Positions 10,188-20,220 of a DNA stretch of 62,411 nucleotides are shown piece by piece (position 1 is the first letter of the stretch; every line of letters starts with the position of its first letter). The notes under the pieces were generated by a model. That model had not been told where the DNA came from. It searched no databases and worked only from the letters and a program-made list of their open reading frames with translations. The DNA lies in the NCBI GenBank assembly GCA_048885705.1, contig JBHLLJ010000003.1, positions 1 through 62,411 of the forward strand, in the 5' to 3' direction. The position numbers were made by a program, and so were the translations under genes. Source of the stretch: Candidatus Hermodarchaeota archaeon. Its GTDB lineage: Archaea; Asgardarchaeota; Lokiarchaeia; Sigyniarchaeales; SOKP01.

Positions 10188-10982
10188 TTATGAAACCATA
10201 AGAAATTTTGAATTGTAATATCTGTATTAAACTAATATTATATGTAATATATGTAACTAAAAAATATAAATGATAGTATTTTACATTTTTTTCCAAAAAA
10301 AGTATTAAATCAAATATACAAAAAGAGACTGGACTCATGTCTAATTATATAATTTAGTTCAAGGATAATAAATTGATTCTCAAAGCGATTGAGAGTGTGT
10401 TAGATTGGCATTGACTAAGTTTGGTTGAGAGATTTGACCTTACTCAGTTGTTTCACGCATTAGAATATGTTTTTGCAAGATTGGGTTGTGATTTTTCATT
10501 GTATTCTCTTAAGATAAATCGTTTTTATTTAATGTGATTAATATATTGTATAAATCAATTAAAAAAGCCATAAAACACCGAAATTTATAATATTATTTCA
10601 AAATGGGTATCTAATGGGTTTTTTAATAAATTTTTTATAGATTTTTATTAAATTCGAAATCTCGGTTTCAAAGGCATTAAGATTATAATCCAATTCCAAA
10701 TAGTTTATTACTCTTATTAAATTGGTCAAAATTCATTAATCGTTTTCAAAATCATAGTCCATTTACTTATGAAATATATAGTTTCATTAGAAGATCACTT
10801 TATTAAATAAATAATTCCAAAAATAAAAATAAATTATGTAAATTTCCACATCAATTGTAACTATTATATTAATAAGCAATAGCGAATTACAAATATTACA
10901 CCAAATAAGTATATATACCGTCTAAAATATTGATTTAGTGTAATTAACCATAAGAAATTTATTAAGGGTTGGATAAAGAGTT

Positions 10983-11306
10983 ATGGAAATTTCACAAACC
11001 GGTATTTTGGAAGTTAATCTACAAAATAAATCTGAATCTATATCTGTAGAATCAGATGATCAGATTGAAAAGATTGTTAAAGCTCTGTCCTCACAAACAA
11101 GACGTAAAATTCTCCATCATATTCAGGAAGAACCTATGGATGTTTCAAATATTGCAGCTAGTTTAGGCATGACAGAAGCAAATATCTCTGCTCAAATTAA
11201 GAAGCTTGAAGAAGCTGGTTTAATAGCATGTGATTATGCGTCTGGCGATCACGGTGTTAGAAAGATAAGCCGGTTAAAGTTCAATAAACTAATTATTAAA
11301 TTTTAA
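10983..11306 (+). CDS. ArsR-family winged-helix transcriptional regulator
   Basis: LSSQTRRKILHHIQEEPMDVSNIAASLGMTEANISAQIKKLEEAGLI is the classic ArsR/SmtB HTH. Confidence 0.75.
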   Translation: MEISQTGILEVNLQNKSESISVESDDQIEKIVKALSSQTRRKILHHIQEEPMDVSNIAASLGMTEANISAQIKKLEEAGLIACDYASGDHGVRKISRLKFNKLIIKF

Positions 11307-11320
11307 TTGTTATTTTAAAA

Positions 11321-12895
11321 TTAATTTATAGATTTTATTTGTGTTTCTACTTTTTCAGTTAGAATAAGCGGATTTATTCTATTATTAGACGCATCTGGTC
11401 TTCTAATTGTTTTACTTTTTATTCCACGTTCCATTATTTCCTTCATTTCATCAGAAATTATATCCTTTGTCATTCCCATTGAATGAAGCATATCCAATCC
11501 ACTCTTAATAACTGTTTTAGCAAAACGAGGTACATTTCTCCCCATCCAATTAAATTTTCCAAAAGGATTGCAATATCTTTTTGCCACCATTTTAATCCAT
11601 CCCTTCAGATAGTATGCAGAATAAGCTTCACCAACTAATTGGTATATTTCATTATTTGTGAGCTGTTCTGTGCGCATCATTGGATGGAATAAATCATAAT
11701 ATCTATAATTATTACTTGTAATCATACTTTTTTCTGACATTTCATGATAAAAATCAGTTCCAGGAAATGCTGTTATGGGTGTAAATTGAATACAGGTCAG
11801 ATTAAGTGATTTTGCAAATTGGATATTTTCTCTAACCATTGTCTTAGTTTCACCTGGAAACCCAATAATCACTCCTCCAAATATAGAGATTCCTCGATTT
11901 TGAAGTGAAGAAACTACCTTTTTGACCATATCTGGTTTAGTGTTTCGTTTATTCATAGCATCAAGACTTTGTTGATGCATTGATTCAATTCCTAGAAATA
12001 CTTGCCTAATACCAGCTTTATGCATTAGATCAATCAACCATGGATTTCGGTATAAAGTATCAACACGAGATTGGCAGGAAAAATAGATTTTATTTGGTAC
12101 CCCCGATCGAATGATAGTATCAAGTATTTCCTTTGTCCGCTTTATTTTAATGGTAAAGTTATCTTCACAGAAAAAAATAAAATCATTTTTCCAGTCTATA
12201 TCATAAATTTCCTGCATAATCCTTTTAGTTGATTTTGTACGATATGTAACTGGACGATCATTGTTCCGCCACATCTTTATTATGCAGCAAAATTTACAAT
12301 TATGAGGACATCCTCTTGAAGTTTCAAGTTGGGCGACTCTTGCACCTAAATAAATGTACTTTTTATCATCTAATAGATCTCTTCGAGGCATTGGAAACTT
12401 ATCAAGGTTAGGTTCCAATTTTCTATCCTTATTATGTAAAACCTGTCCATCTTTATTCTTATAAGAGATACCATCAATATCTTTTAAAGAAATATGATTT
12501 TTTGCCTCATCAAGATAACTTATTAGTTCACGAAATGTATGTTCCCCCTCTCCTCGAACCGTATAATCAATCGCGGGATGTTTTGCAACGTATTCAGGAG
12601 CTAATGTTGGTTGATAACCACCTATTATAGTTGTACAACCAAGATCTTTTGCCATTTCTGCCACCTCAAATGCATGAGAGATTTGAGGTGTCATACTTGT
12701 GAGAGCTACAACATCACTTTGGTTCAATAATGAACGAAATTTGTTTTCATTATACTTATGGACTTTAAAATCAAACAATTCTGCTTCATGCTCTGGAACC
12801 ATAGCTGCAATTGATATTAAGTTTAATGGAGGTCCTTTAATAATCGCATCGAGCCCAGAGCTAAGTCGTGCTGGATTAACATATAAAATTTTCAA
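11321..12895 (-). CDS. B12-binding domain radical SAM protein
   Basis: An N-terminal cobalamin-binding-like domain (MKILYVNP...ALTSMTP) is followed by the radical SAM cluster motif SRGCPHNCKFCC (CX3CX2C). TTG start. Confidence 0.8.
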   Translation of the reverse strand: MKILYVNPARLSSGLDAIIKGPPLNLISIAAMVPEHEAELFDFKVHKYNENKFRSLLNQSDVVALTSMTPQISHAFEVAEMAKDLGCTTIIGGYQPTLAPEYVAKHPAIDYTVRGEGEHTFRELISYLDEAKNHISLKDIDGISYKNKDGQVLHNKDRKLEPNLDKFPMPRRDLLDDKKYIYLGARVAQLETSRGCPHNCKFCCIIKMWRNNDRPVTYRTKSTKRIMQEIYDIDWKNDFIFFCEDNFTIKIKRTKEILDTIIRSGVPNKIYFSCQSRVDTLYRNPWLIDLMHKAGIRQVFLGIESMHQQSLDAMNKRNTKPDMVKKVVSSLQNRGISIFGGVIIGFPGETKTMVRENIQFAKSLNLTCIQFTPITAFPGTDFYHEMSEKSMITSNNYRYYDLFHPMMRTEQLTNNEIYQLVGEAYSAYYLKGWIKMVAKRYCNPFGKFNWMGRNVPRFAKTVIKSGLDMLHSMGMTKDIISDEMKEIMERGIKSKTIRRPDASNNRINPLILTEKVETQIKSIN

Positions 12896-13156
12896 AATTT
12901 TTACCCATTCAATTCTGTTTTAATCATAGTTTTGGTCAAGGAGCGTGTTTAACTTTATTTTTGTTGATAATTTTTTTAATTATAGAAGAATAATAGAAAT
13001 AGCATAGAGAACCTATTTGCTCCCACTCACCTTATTAATTAAATTATATTATATAATATTGTTGAATCTTATTAAACTTTGTTATTTCTACATAGACCTT
13101 CTTTAATATTAAAAAACATAATAGAATTCAGATTAATAAAAAAGAAACTTATAATT

Positions 13157-14296
13157 CTATTTAAAATAAGAGATTAGTGTATTTTTGATCATCTCGAAAT
13201 GACCTAAATGCGTCTTCTCAAGATTATCAAGCGATTCGATAATTCCTAATTTTTCAATCCTTTCAGTAATATTGAAATATGGAGAATCCTTTAACTTTTT
13301 TACTAGTGCTTTATTTTTTTCAAGATTTTCTAATAAGAATTCCATTGGGTTTAATTTATGAGTTCCTAACATGGCTTGAATGATTGACATTAGCATTGCA
13401 TCGAAGGTGACTCTCAAGATTACTTCATGATCAAATTCCGATGATATAGGAAATAAGTATGATTTAAGCATAGATATAGATTCTTTAAATAGCCCTAAAG
13501 ATTCATTTCCTAATTTCTTTATTCGCTCATTATGAGCCCGGTTCTCAGATGCTCTTAAACATAAGGCGGAGACTGTTTGGTATTCTGCTACAAAATGAAT
13601 GAATCTGGCTTTTGCATTAAGGTAGGTATCTTTTGATTCTTCCTCATCAATAAGATCATCTAATTCATCCAAAGATTTTCTGAAATAAGAAGCAATATCG
13701 GAGAATTTTTGAGCAGCTCCTTCAAATTCTCCCCTTGATAATAAATTCAATGCTCTTTTTTCTTCTTGCTCATATAATTCATCAAATTTATGTATTTTCA
13801 TAACAGCTTTTAATATTAATCGTTTTCCTTCATCTTTTTTAATCTTAGAGCGCTCAAATGTTTGTCCTGCTTTTAAAAGTAGTATTGAAGATAAATTATT
13901 ATACTCATCTGGATCAGTTTCATATAAATATTCTGAAGCTTTCTGCCAAGATTCTCCTGCAGTCTCCCAGTCATGCATATTAAAAGAGAGATTTCCTAAT
14001 TGTATTAACAATTTAGCAGAAACCTCGTAAAGTTTTAATTCTTCAGTTTTTCTAATGATAGATTTTAATCTATAAACAGCTTGAATATTATTTTTAAATC
14101 TCGAGATTATTTGAGCTATTCTGATATATAATTGATCTAATTTAAGGTAACTGCCAAGATCAAGGTAGATAGAAGCTGCTTTTTCATAAATTTGGATTGC
14201 TTCATGTCCTTTCCCTTTGTCAGCAAGAGTTTCTGCTTGATCTATTAATCTTATAGCCTCTAACTCTTTCTCATCGTTATAATTATTATCTATCAT
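13157..14296 (-). CDS. TPR-like helical repeat protein, function unknown
   Basis: 379 aa, apparently all-helical, with repeated A/Y/L-rich pairs (EAIQIYEKAASIYLDLG, WETAGESWQKASEYL). Confidence 0.4.
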   Translation of the reverse strand: MIDNNYNDEKELEAIRLIDQAETLADKGKGHEAIQIYEKAASIYLDLGSYLKLDQLYIRIAQIISRFKNNIQAVYRLKSIIRKTEELKLYEVSAKLLIQLGNLSFNMHDWETAGESWQKASEYLYETDPDEYNNLSSILLLKAGQTFERSKIKKDEGKRLILKAVMKIHKFDELYEQEEKRALNLLSRGEFEGAAQKFSDIASYFRKSLDELDDLIDEEESKDTYLNAKARFIHFVAEYQTVSALCLRASENRAHNERIKKLGNESLGLFKESISMLKSYLFPISSEFDHEVILRVTFDAMLMSIIQAMLGTHKLNPMEFLLENLEKNKALVKKLKDSPYFNITERIEKLGIIESLDNLEKTHLGHFEMIKNTLISYFK

Positions 14297-14468
14297 TCTA
14301 AATTCTCCTTAACAATAAGCAATTCGTAAACAGATGATTTTTTTTTAAAATTTCAATACAATTAACTTTAACTTAATTAAGATATTAAAATCTTAGTATT
14401 AATAGCTTTTTATTCCAAAATTTATGTTCCTTTAAATCTTTGAATTAAAATTTTAACGCTTTGTGCTA

Positions 14469-15353
14469 TTAAAATTGCTTAAATAGTTTAATATTTCGAT
14501 TCTTTAATATATCTTTGAATGCTATTGATTGGTATGCAGAAGCAAATGATTCTTGAGCATCTTCAATTGCGCCATAAAAAATGAAGTTCGAAAACCATGT
14601 TACGATGAACATAATACTAGCTCTTCTATATTTGGTATGAAATTTAATATTTAACCGAGGAGAGGAATATTGAAAAAGAAAAAGATTAGGTGCCGTTCCA
14701 ACTGGAAGTCTCAATGATTTGCTAATTAATTGTTGAGTCTCTAAGATATGAGCCAAACTCTCTAAATTGATCACTCCTCCGTCAATCCATATTCTTTCAA
14801 CACCAATATTTTTTAATCCATCAATGATATTCTCATTATTAGGTTGATTTTTCTCTGTAAGATATGCATATCTCTGAGTAGAAGTCATATTATCTGAACC
14901 AAGAATTAGTAACACAACAGATTTTATTTTATTTTTCTGTAGTATTTCTATTTCTTTCTTATTTTTTAGATTCGAAATCGTATTATAAATGTATTGTTCA
15001 GGTTTTATTCCAGCTTCTTTTAAATATTCAATTCCTGCTATTCTTGATTCAAAGTTTCCACCTAAAATGAATGGAGGATTAAAATGTTCCAAATAAAATT
15101 CTAAATATTTTAACATAGATTCGGGGGTAGTAGCGGAAATTTCTACCAAATTAGGGATTTTATATTGATCTGATAACGAACGATGTGTTTCTATGCGTTT
15201 CAAAGCCTTTTGAGTATTAAACACCTCTGGTTTTTTTCTATCTACTATAGTTTCGTTCTGATAAAAAATTGTACCAATTAGAACAGGAGGTAATTCAAAA
15301 TGTCCTCGTGCTAATATTATATTCTCATAAGTATAATATTTAGTATCTTCCAT
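14469..15353 (-). CDS. MtrH-like (tetrahydromethanopterin S-methyltransferase subunit H family) methyltransferase
   Basis: PPVLIGTIFYQNETIV, YIYNTISN and LRLPVGTAP parallel the MtrH motifs (GTIFY, IYNSI, LPVGSG) recalled from methanogen MtrH. Confidence 0.6.
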   Translation of the reverse strand: MEDTKYYTYENIILARGHFELPPVLIGTIFYQNETIVDRKKPEVFNTQKALKRIETHRSLSDQYKIPNLVEISATTPESMLKYLEFYLEHFNPPFILGGNFESRIAGIEYLKEAGIKPEQYIYNTISNLKNKKEIEILQKNKIKSVVLLILGSDNMTSTQRYAYLTEKNQPNNENIIDGLKNIGVERIWIDGGVINLESLAHILETQQLISKSLRLPVGTAPNLFLFQYSSPRLNIKFHTKYRRASIMFIVTWFSNFIFYGAIEDAQESFASAYQSIAFKDILKNRNIKLFKQF

Positions 15354-15541
15354 CTTTAGACCAACTTAAAAATTTGATATTTAAAATAGGAATGAAAAAT
15401 TATTTAATCTGCTTAATTTTTCCAGAAGATAACTATTTTTCTAAACTTTTTTTAACTAATGTCAAGATTATATGTTTGGAGACTATTAATTATTTAAGAA
15501 TTTGTAAAATAATCTCAAAAATAATAAAAACATTGATCAAA

Positions 15542-15796
15542 ATGGATGATGAAACCATATCACAAGTTAATGTAGCAGCCTATTATCTGGCAGAAAAAGG
15601 ATATGCTTATGATAAACTCTGCTGGATGTTAGCAGAAAGGCAACTTTTCGTTCAAAAAGACCCAAAATATAAAGATGAAAATAGGATAAGAGAAAAGGCA
15701 GCAGAAATATTTTTTTCTGGCCCAGCTTACGATATTTTGTGTTATTTAATTTCAGAAATAGATATTATGCTAAGATTAAGTAAAAGTCGTAAATGA
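15542..15796 (+). CDS. hypothetical small protein
   Basis: This is the internal ATG of track ORF 15374..15796. The upstream 56 codons are low-complexity I/K/L-rich sequence inside a promoter-like AT-rich spacer. Confidence 0.3.
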   Translation: MDDETISQVNVAAYYLAEKGYAYDKLCWMLAERQLFVQKDPKYKDENRIREKAAEIFFSGPAYDILCYLISEIDIMLRLSKSRK

Positions 15797-15798
15797 AA

Positions 15799-17004
15799 TC
15801 AATAAAGGTGCAACTTATAATCACAACTTTTACAATGACCTTCAATTAACTTTTTAAAACATTCCTCATGATAGAGGGTACTACATTGAGGATTTCCACA
15901 TTGAACTGCTGGTTGACCTTCTTCAAAAATCAGATGACAAATCGGGCAAGCATTAAAAAGAGCTTCTTCTCCTAATGTCTTAACGTCATTGATATATTTT
16001 GCGGGTACTAGATCAGGTTTCTGAATTGGTTCTTCTTTTAATCCCGCTGTAAGAACTCTTAATTTTTGAATTTGAGATACTTCTATAGGAATCTTTAGAA
16101 GGTAGAAACAATGTGGGCATCTAGCAGTTCCAGATCTTTTTACTTGGTGATTCTTTTGAGAGTCTGCCCATGCTGCTAAACAATGAATATGAAAAGGAGT
16201 AGCACAATTTGGACAATACCTCCCTGTTACATAAAAAGACCCTTTTGTATACGGATTTTGATCAGAAAAACAAATTGAACATTTCTTAAAATCTACCTCT
16301 CCCCTAATCTCTTTTGCCCGTTGTTCTTGATCTTTTGTTAAATCTTGAACTCTCAATAAACTCGCTGCAATTTTTCTAAGAAAAGCTGGATTTTCTATAA
16401 GTACTTCTTTCTTGGATCCATATGTTTTGTAATTATCATCTGCAATTTCTTTTGCTGCCCTATTTAACGATTCATAATCATTACTATAAAAATACCGACC
16501 ACCTGTGATATCACTGATTTTCTTTAGAACATTATCTTGTCTCGCATTTCCAAGACCAAAAGTATCAATTCTGATGTTTAATCCTTGAGCTAAGCGTGCC
16601 ATTTTTATGGGATCAACAACAGACTTTAAATAATTTCCATCAGAAATCAAAACTATTCTTGGAGTTTTAGCACCGACTTTGCGTAATTCACCTATTAGAG
16701 TTTTGATTGACAAAGCTAAGGCATCACCCATCGCTGAATATCCCCCACAATTCAATGAATTCAAGGCTTCATTAAGGCTATTTTCGAAACTAGCAGTTGT
16801 AAAGTCTATTATCTTTTCCGGTTCATTAGAATATTTTATTAACGCAAAAGCACTTAAACTATCTAAATTAAATCTTTCCTTTATCAATGTTTTAGCAGCA
16901 GATATGCAACAATTTAGTCGATTAGGACTAAAGTCCTTTCTAAACATTGATCTTGACGTGTCTATGCAGATGACAAGATTTTCTGGAATTCTATTTTCGG
17001 ACAT
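15799..17004 (-). CDS. von Willebrand factor A domain protein with two C-terminal C4HC3 (PHD/RING-variant-like) zinc fingers
   Basis: MIDAS motif VICIDTSRSM (DxSxS). Finger 1 is CSIC-x18-CPNC-x4-H-x2-C-x20-CPHC and includes FHIHCLAAW. Finger 2 is CPIC-x12-C-x4-C-x4-H-x2-C-x8-CKSC. Confidence 0.7.
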   Translation of the reverse strand: MSENRIPENLVICIDTSRSMFRKDFSPNRLNCCISAAKTLIKERFNLDSLSAFALIKYSNEPEKIIDFTTASFENSLNEALNSLNCGGYSAMGDALALSIKTLIGELRKVGAKTPRIVLISDGNYLKSVVDPIKMARLAQGLNIRIDTFGLGNARQDNVLKKISDITGGRYFYSNDYESLNRAAKEIADDNYKTYGSKKEVLIENPAFLRKIAASLLRVQDLTKDQEQRAKEIRGEVDFKKCSICFSDQNPYTKGSFYVTGRYCPNCATPFHIHCLAAWADSQKNHQVKRSGTARCPHCFYLLKIPIEVSQIQKLRVLTAGLKEEPIQKPDLVPAKYINDVKTLGEEALFNACPICHLIFEEGQPAVQCGNPQCSTLYHEECFKKLIEGHCKSCDYKLHLY

Positions 17005-17223
17005 TTTAATTAAAGTATTTAACGGCTCTATTTTTTAATAGTTAGCAAATGATCCTTTTGATTCACTCTTATTTTAATTGATTATTAATAACTAATTAAA
17101 TAATACTGCTTCAATTAGATAAAGTTTATTTTTACAAAAAAAAATAATATTTAATATAACGTAATTTACTATTAACATTAAGAATATTAGTAAAAAGAAA
17201 ATCGATATTAAATTTGATGCGTA

Positions 17224-18432
17224 ATGTCAGAAAATAGTAGTAAAAATGTAGCTATTAAGGATTTCTTTAAAAGGAATGTTCTAATCAATGAACTTGAGGA
17301 GGTTTTAAGGTTCAAACCAGATACACTAATAGGTGTTGATACAGTTAGTTCTGAACATTTAATTAATGAAGGTATAAAGAGCATTAATGATTTAGCTAAC
17401 TTATCTGCCTCAAATCTGCCAGAAATAAAAGAAATACTACCAAATATGCTACTAAAATGGGTGAAGATTGCCCAAGTAATCCAAAAAAATGTACAGGAAC
17501 AACTTCGTCGCCACAAAAAGATCCTAATGATTGGTTTGGATGCAGCAGGTAAAACGTCTATTCTTGCAGTAGTTCAAGATAAATTTTCAATAATTAAATC
17601 TCTTCTTCCGACAAGAGGTGTCAAAAGGGAAAAATTAGACTTTTTCGGTTATCCAGTAATCTCGTGGGACCTTGGTGGACAAGTACAATATAGAGAGAAA
17701 CTTTACTTCAATCGACCTGAACTTTTCTTTACAGAAGCAGATATAATGATATATGTTATCGATACGCAAGATCCAGATAGAATTCCTGAAGCTGCCAATT
17801 ACTTTCGTGAAGTTTTAAAGGTATTAGTAGATTTACATGAGAAGCCTAAAGTTTTAATTGTTTTAAGCAAAAGTGATCAAGATATACGGAAAACTCTACA
17901 ATGGCAACAAAATGTCACCAGTATTAAAAATAAATTTAACAGTATTACAGATGATTTTGAGGATTTTGAAGTCGATTATTGCGATACTACGGTGTTTCAA
18001 TGGGAAACTATTATGCAAATGTTCAGTGTTGCACTAAAGAAAGTTTCTGATACTTCTGAAATAATTGAACATATACTTGAAGAGTTTACGCATCAAGTTG
18101 ATGCAAAAGCATCGAGTTTAGTATCGATGGATGGATTAATCTTCGGTAGTTTTACTGGTTCAGATACAGATGAAATGCTTGTAAATAACACAGCTTTATT
18201 GCTCCAAACTCTTTCGAACTTTTATAATTCAATTGGATTAATTAGAGAAAGATCAATAAAATTAGAGTTACCTCTTAATGGTTTTACCATTCGAGGAGAA
18301 AAACTATTTGAGTATTCAGAATTACAGATACCAGTATATCTATGGATGCTCTCACAGAATCCGAATCTAATAGAGGGAAAAATTGACTATTTTAAAGAAC
18401 AATTACTCCCATTGATTAATTTATTCTTATAA
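17224..18432 (+). CDS. Arf-family-like small GTPase with N-terminal HhH-like segment and C-terminal Roadblock/LC7-like domain
   Basis: G1 is GLDAAGKTS (Arf signature), G3 is WDLGGQ, and G4 is the variant SKSD. The C-terminal SSLVSMDGLIFGSF...IKLELPLNGFTIRGEKL resembles the Roadblock/MglB pattern. Confidence 0.7.
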   Translation: MSENSSKNVAIKDFFKRNVLINELEEVLRFKPDTLIGVDTVSSEHLINEGIKSINDLANLSASNLPEIKEILPNMLLKWVKIAQVIQKNVQEQLRRHKKILMIGLDAAGKTSILAVVQDKFSIIKSLLPTRGVKREKLDFFGYPVISWDLGGQVQYREKLYFNRPELFFTEADIMIYVIDTQDPDRIPEAANYFREVLKVLVDLHEKPKVLIVLSKSDQDIRKTLQWQQNVTSIKNKFNSITDDFEDFEVDYCDTTVFQWETIMQMFSVALKKVSDTSEIIEHILEEFTHQVDAKASSLVSMDGLIFGSFTGSDTDEMLVNNTALLLQTLSNFYNSIGLIRERSIKLELPLNGFTIRGEKLFEYSELQIPVYLWMLSQNPNLIEGKIDYFKEQLLPLINLFL

Positions 18433-18493
18433 TTTTCTATAAGGTAATACTTAAACCAATTTTTACCTTTTTTAGTATATTTTCAGATAGTAA

Positions 18494-18712
18494 TTACATA
18501 GTTTCTAATTCCATATTTGCCGCCAGTAAAAATTCATTACATTTATCTAGCATCTTAATTGCATTACTCAGTTTTTCTACAACTGATTCTAAGCCTTTTT
18601 CCTGAGCAATAAATTGCCATTTTAAGAAACTTTCTTTATGTGAATCATTATGGTCTGCCCAATGTTTACATAATTTTGTTAATTTTAAAATTTCTCTATC
18701 TTGTTTATCCAA
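18494..18712 (-). CDS. hypothetical small helical protein
   Basis: 72-aa ORF with a TTG start. No family recognised. Confidence 0.3.
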   Translation of the reverse strand: MDKQDREILKLTKLCKHWADHNDSHKESFLKWQFIAQEKGLESVVEKLSNAIKMLDKCNEFLLAANMELETM

Positions 18713-18904
18713 TTGAGTTCAATCCTTTTACTATTAAATCTAACATTATTTTAAATATTCCATAGACCAATAAGATTTGGATTTTTTGTTAAAAATGAAA
18801 AATTCAATATAAATGGATTGTTTCTAATTTTTATTAAATATTCATAGAGAATATATGTGTTTTTCACTTAAATAAGATAAAGTAATCATTAAAATTGAAG
18901 AACT

Positions 18905-20173
18905 ATGGGGTTTAATATATTATTAGTGAATCCAAATAGATTTAAAAATCCGCCAGTAATCCCTATTGGCTTAGAATATCTGGTGACTGCATTAGAGAAA
19001 CAGAATCATAATGTTGATATACTAGATTTATGCTTTTATGAATCACCAGAAGAACGGTTAGCTATGACTCTGAATAATACAATATATAATCTTGTTGGGT
19101 TCTCAATCCGTAATATAGATTCTCTAGGTTATTTTAATAATGAGTTCTTTTTACCTTCCATAAAACCATTGGTAAAAATTGTTAAAAAGCACAATATTCT
19201 AGTAATTCTTGGTGGCTCTGGGTTTTCTGCTATGCCATATGAAATCTTAGATTATCTTGATGGAGATTATGGAATTATAGGCCCTGGTGAGGCAATTTTT
19301 CCTCGTTTTATTGAATTATTGCAATCCGGACAATTATCAAAAAAAATTTATAATGGCTGGCAATATAATACGGACTCTGAGTTGGTTCATTTACGTGGAA
19401 AAAAGATTGATTATGGAAAATATTTACCTCTCTCTGAGATAATTGGATTTGAAACTCATAAAGGATGTTTAGGACAATGTCCATATTGCATTAATGCTAA
19501 TACACAAATTTGGTATAAAAAAATCCAAAATATTATAGAAGAATTAAAATTTATTGTCAGTCAGGGGTACACTCACTTTCAGTTATGTGATGATGAATTT
19601 AATTCAGATTTAAAATTTTCAATCAATTTTTGTGAAGCATTAACCAAGGCAAAACTTCCGTTAAAATGGAAGTTATTTATGAAACCTTATCCTTATAATA
19701 AAAAATTATTCAAATTGCTGCATGAAACCAATGCGTATAGAATATCGATTAATGTAAATAGTGATATAAAAATTCAAGAATTAAATAATTATACATATCA
19801 AGACTTAGAAAAGATTATTGGGTATTGTAAAGAATACAAGATAGAGTTAGTAATTGATTTAATAGTTGGTTACCCATATGAAACACTGGATTCTGTTAAA
19901 AATATGATCAATTTTTTTAAGAACCATCGACCAACTACAATAACTGTTGATTCTTACTTCCGGGTATACGAACATACCGAATTAGCTAAACTGATAAGAA
20001 AAGATACCTCCATACAAAGAAATTTGATAAAACCTCAATTAGAAAGATTGGAGTTCTTAGAACCTGTTTTCTATAATCAAATTAGTCAGAGTGTACTAGG
20101 AGAATTAATTTCAGATGATGAATTGTTTAGAATTGCCTGGCTTACTCCAGAATTAGATTATAAAAAGATCTAA
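18905..20173 (+). CDS. B12-binding domain radical SAM protein
   Basis: The N-terminus ILLVNPNRFKNPPVIPIGLEYL resembles a cobalamin-binding-like domain. The cluster motif is HKGCLGQCPYC (CX3CX2C). Confidence 0.7.
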   Translation: MGFNILLVNPNRFKNPPVIPIGLEYLVTALEKQNHNVDILDLCFYESPEERLAMTLNNTIYNLVGFSIRNIDSLGYFNNEFFLPSIKPLVKIVKKHNILVILGGSGFSAMPYEILDYLDGDYGIIGPGEAIFPRFIELLQSGQLSKKIYNGWQYNTDSELVHLRGKKIDYGKYLPLSEIIGFETHKGCLGQCPYCINANTQIWYKKIQNIIEELKFIVSQGYTHFQLCDDEFNSDLKFSINFCEALTKAKLPLKWKLFMKPYPYNKKLFKLLHETNAYRISINVNSDIKIQELNNYTYQDLEKIIGYCKEYKIELVIDLIVGYPYETLDSVKNMINFFKNHRPTTITVDSYFRVYEHTELAKLIRKDTSIQRNLIKPQLERLEFLEPVFYNQISQSVLGELISDDELFRIAWLTPELDYKKI

Positions 20174-20220
20174 TATATTTATAAAAAGTTATGAAAAAGA
20201 AAAATAAAGAAGATATTAAA

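Noticed and set aside
8017-10338. Track ORFs 8017..8319 (-), 9485..9709 (-) and 10132..10338 (-).
   Set aside because: Each is antisense to, or overlaps, a better-supported gene or runs into an AT-rich spacer. No motifs were found.
12699-12923. Track ORF 12699..12923 (+).
   Set aside because: It is antisense to the N-terminal B12-binding domain of the radical SAM gene.
13157-14296. Possible alpha-SNAP-like or MIT-like identity of the 379-aa helical repeat protein, which would fit the trafficking-protein theme.
   Set aside because: The only support is generic TPR-like helix pairs and a vague resemblance (WETAGESWQKASEYL compared with SNAP-type repeats). That is not enough to claim a family without a profile search.
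15374-15541. The 5' extension of ORF 15374..15796.
   Set aside because: The first 56 codons are I/K/L/F-rich low-complexity sequence lying in the promoter-like spacer. The internal ATG at 15542 is more plausible.
16679-17516. Track ORFs 16679..17038 (+) and 17208..17516 (-).
   Set aside because: They lie antisense within or overlapping the well-supported vWA and Arf-like genes. Their composition is typical of shadow frames, and no motifs were found.
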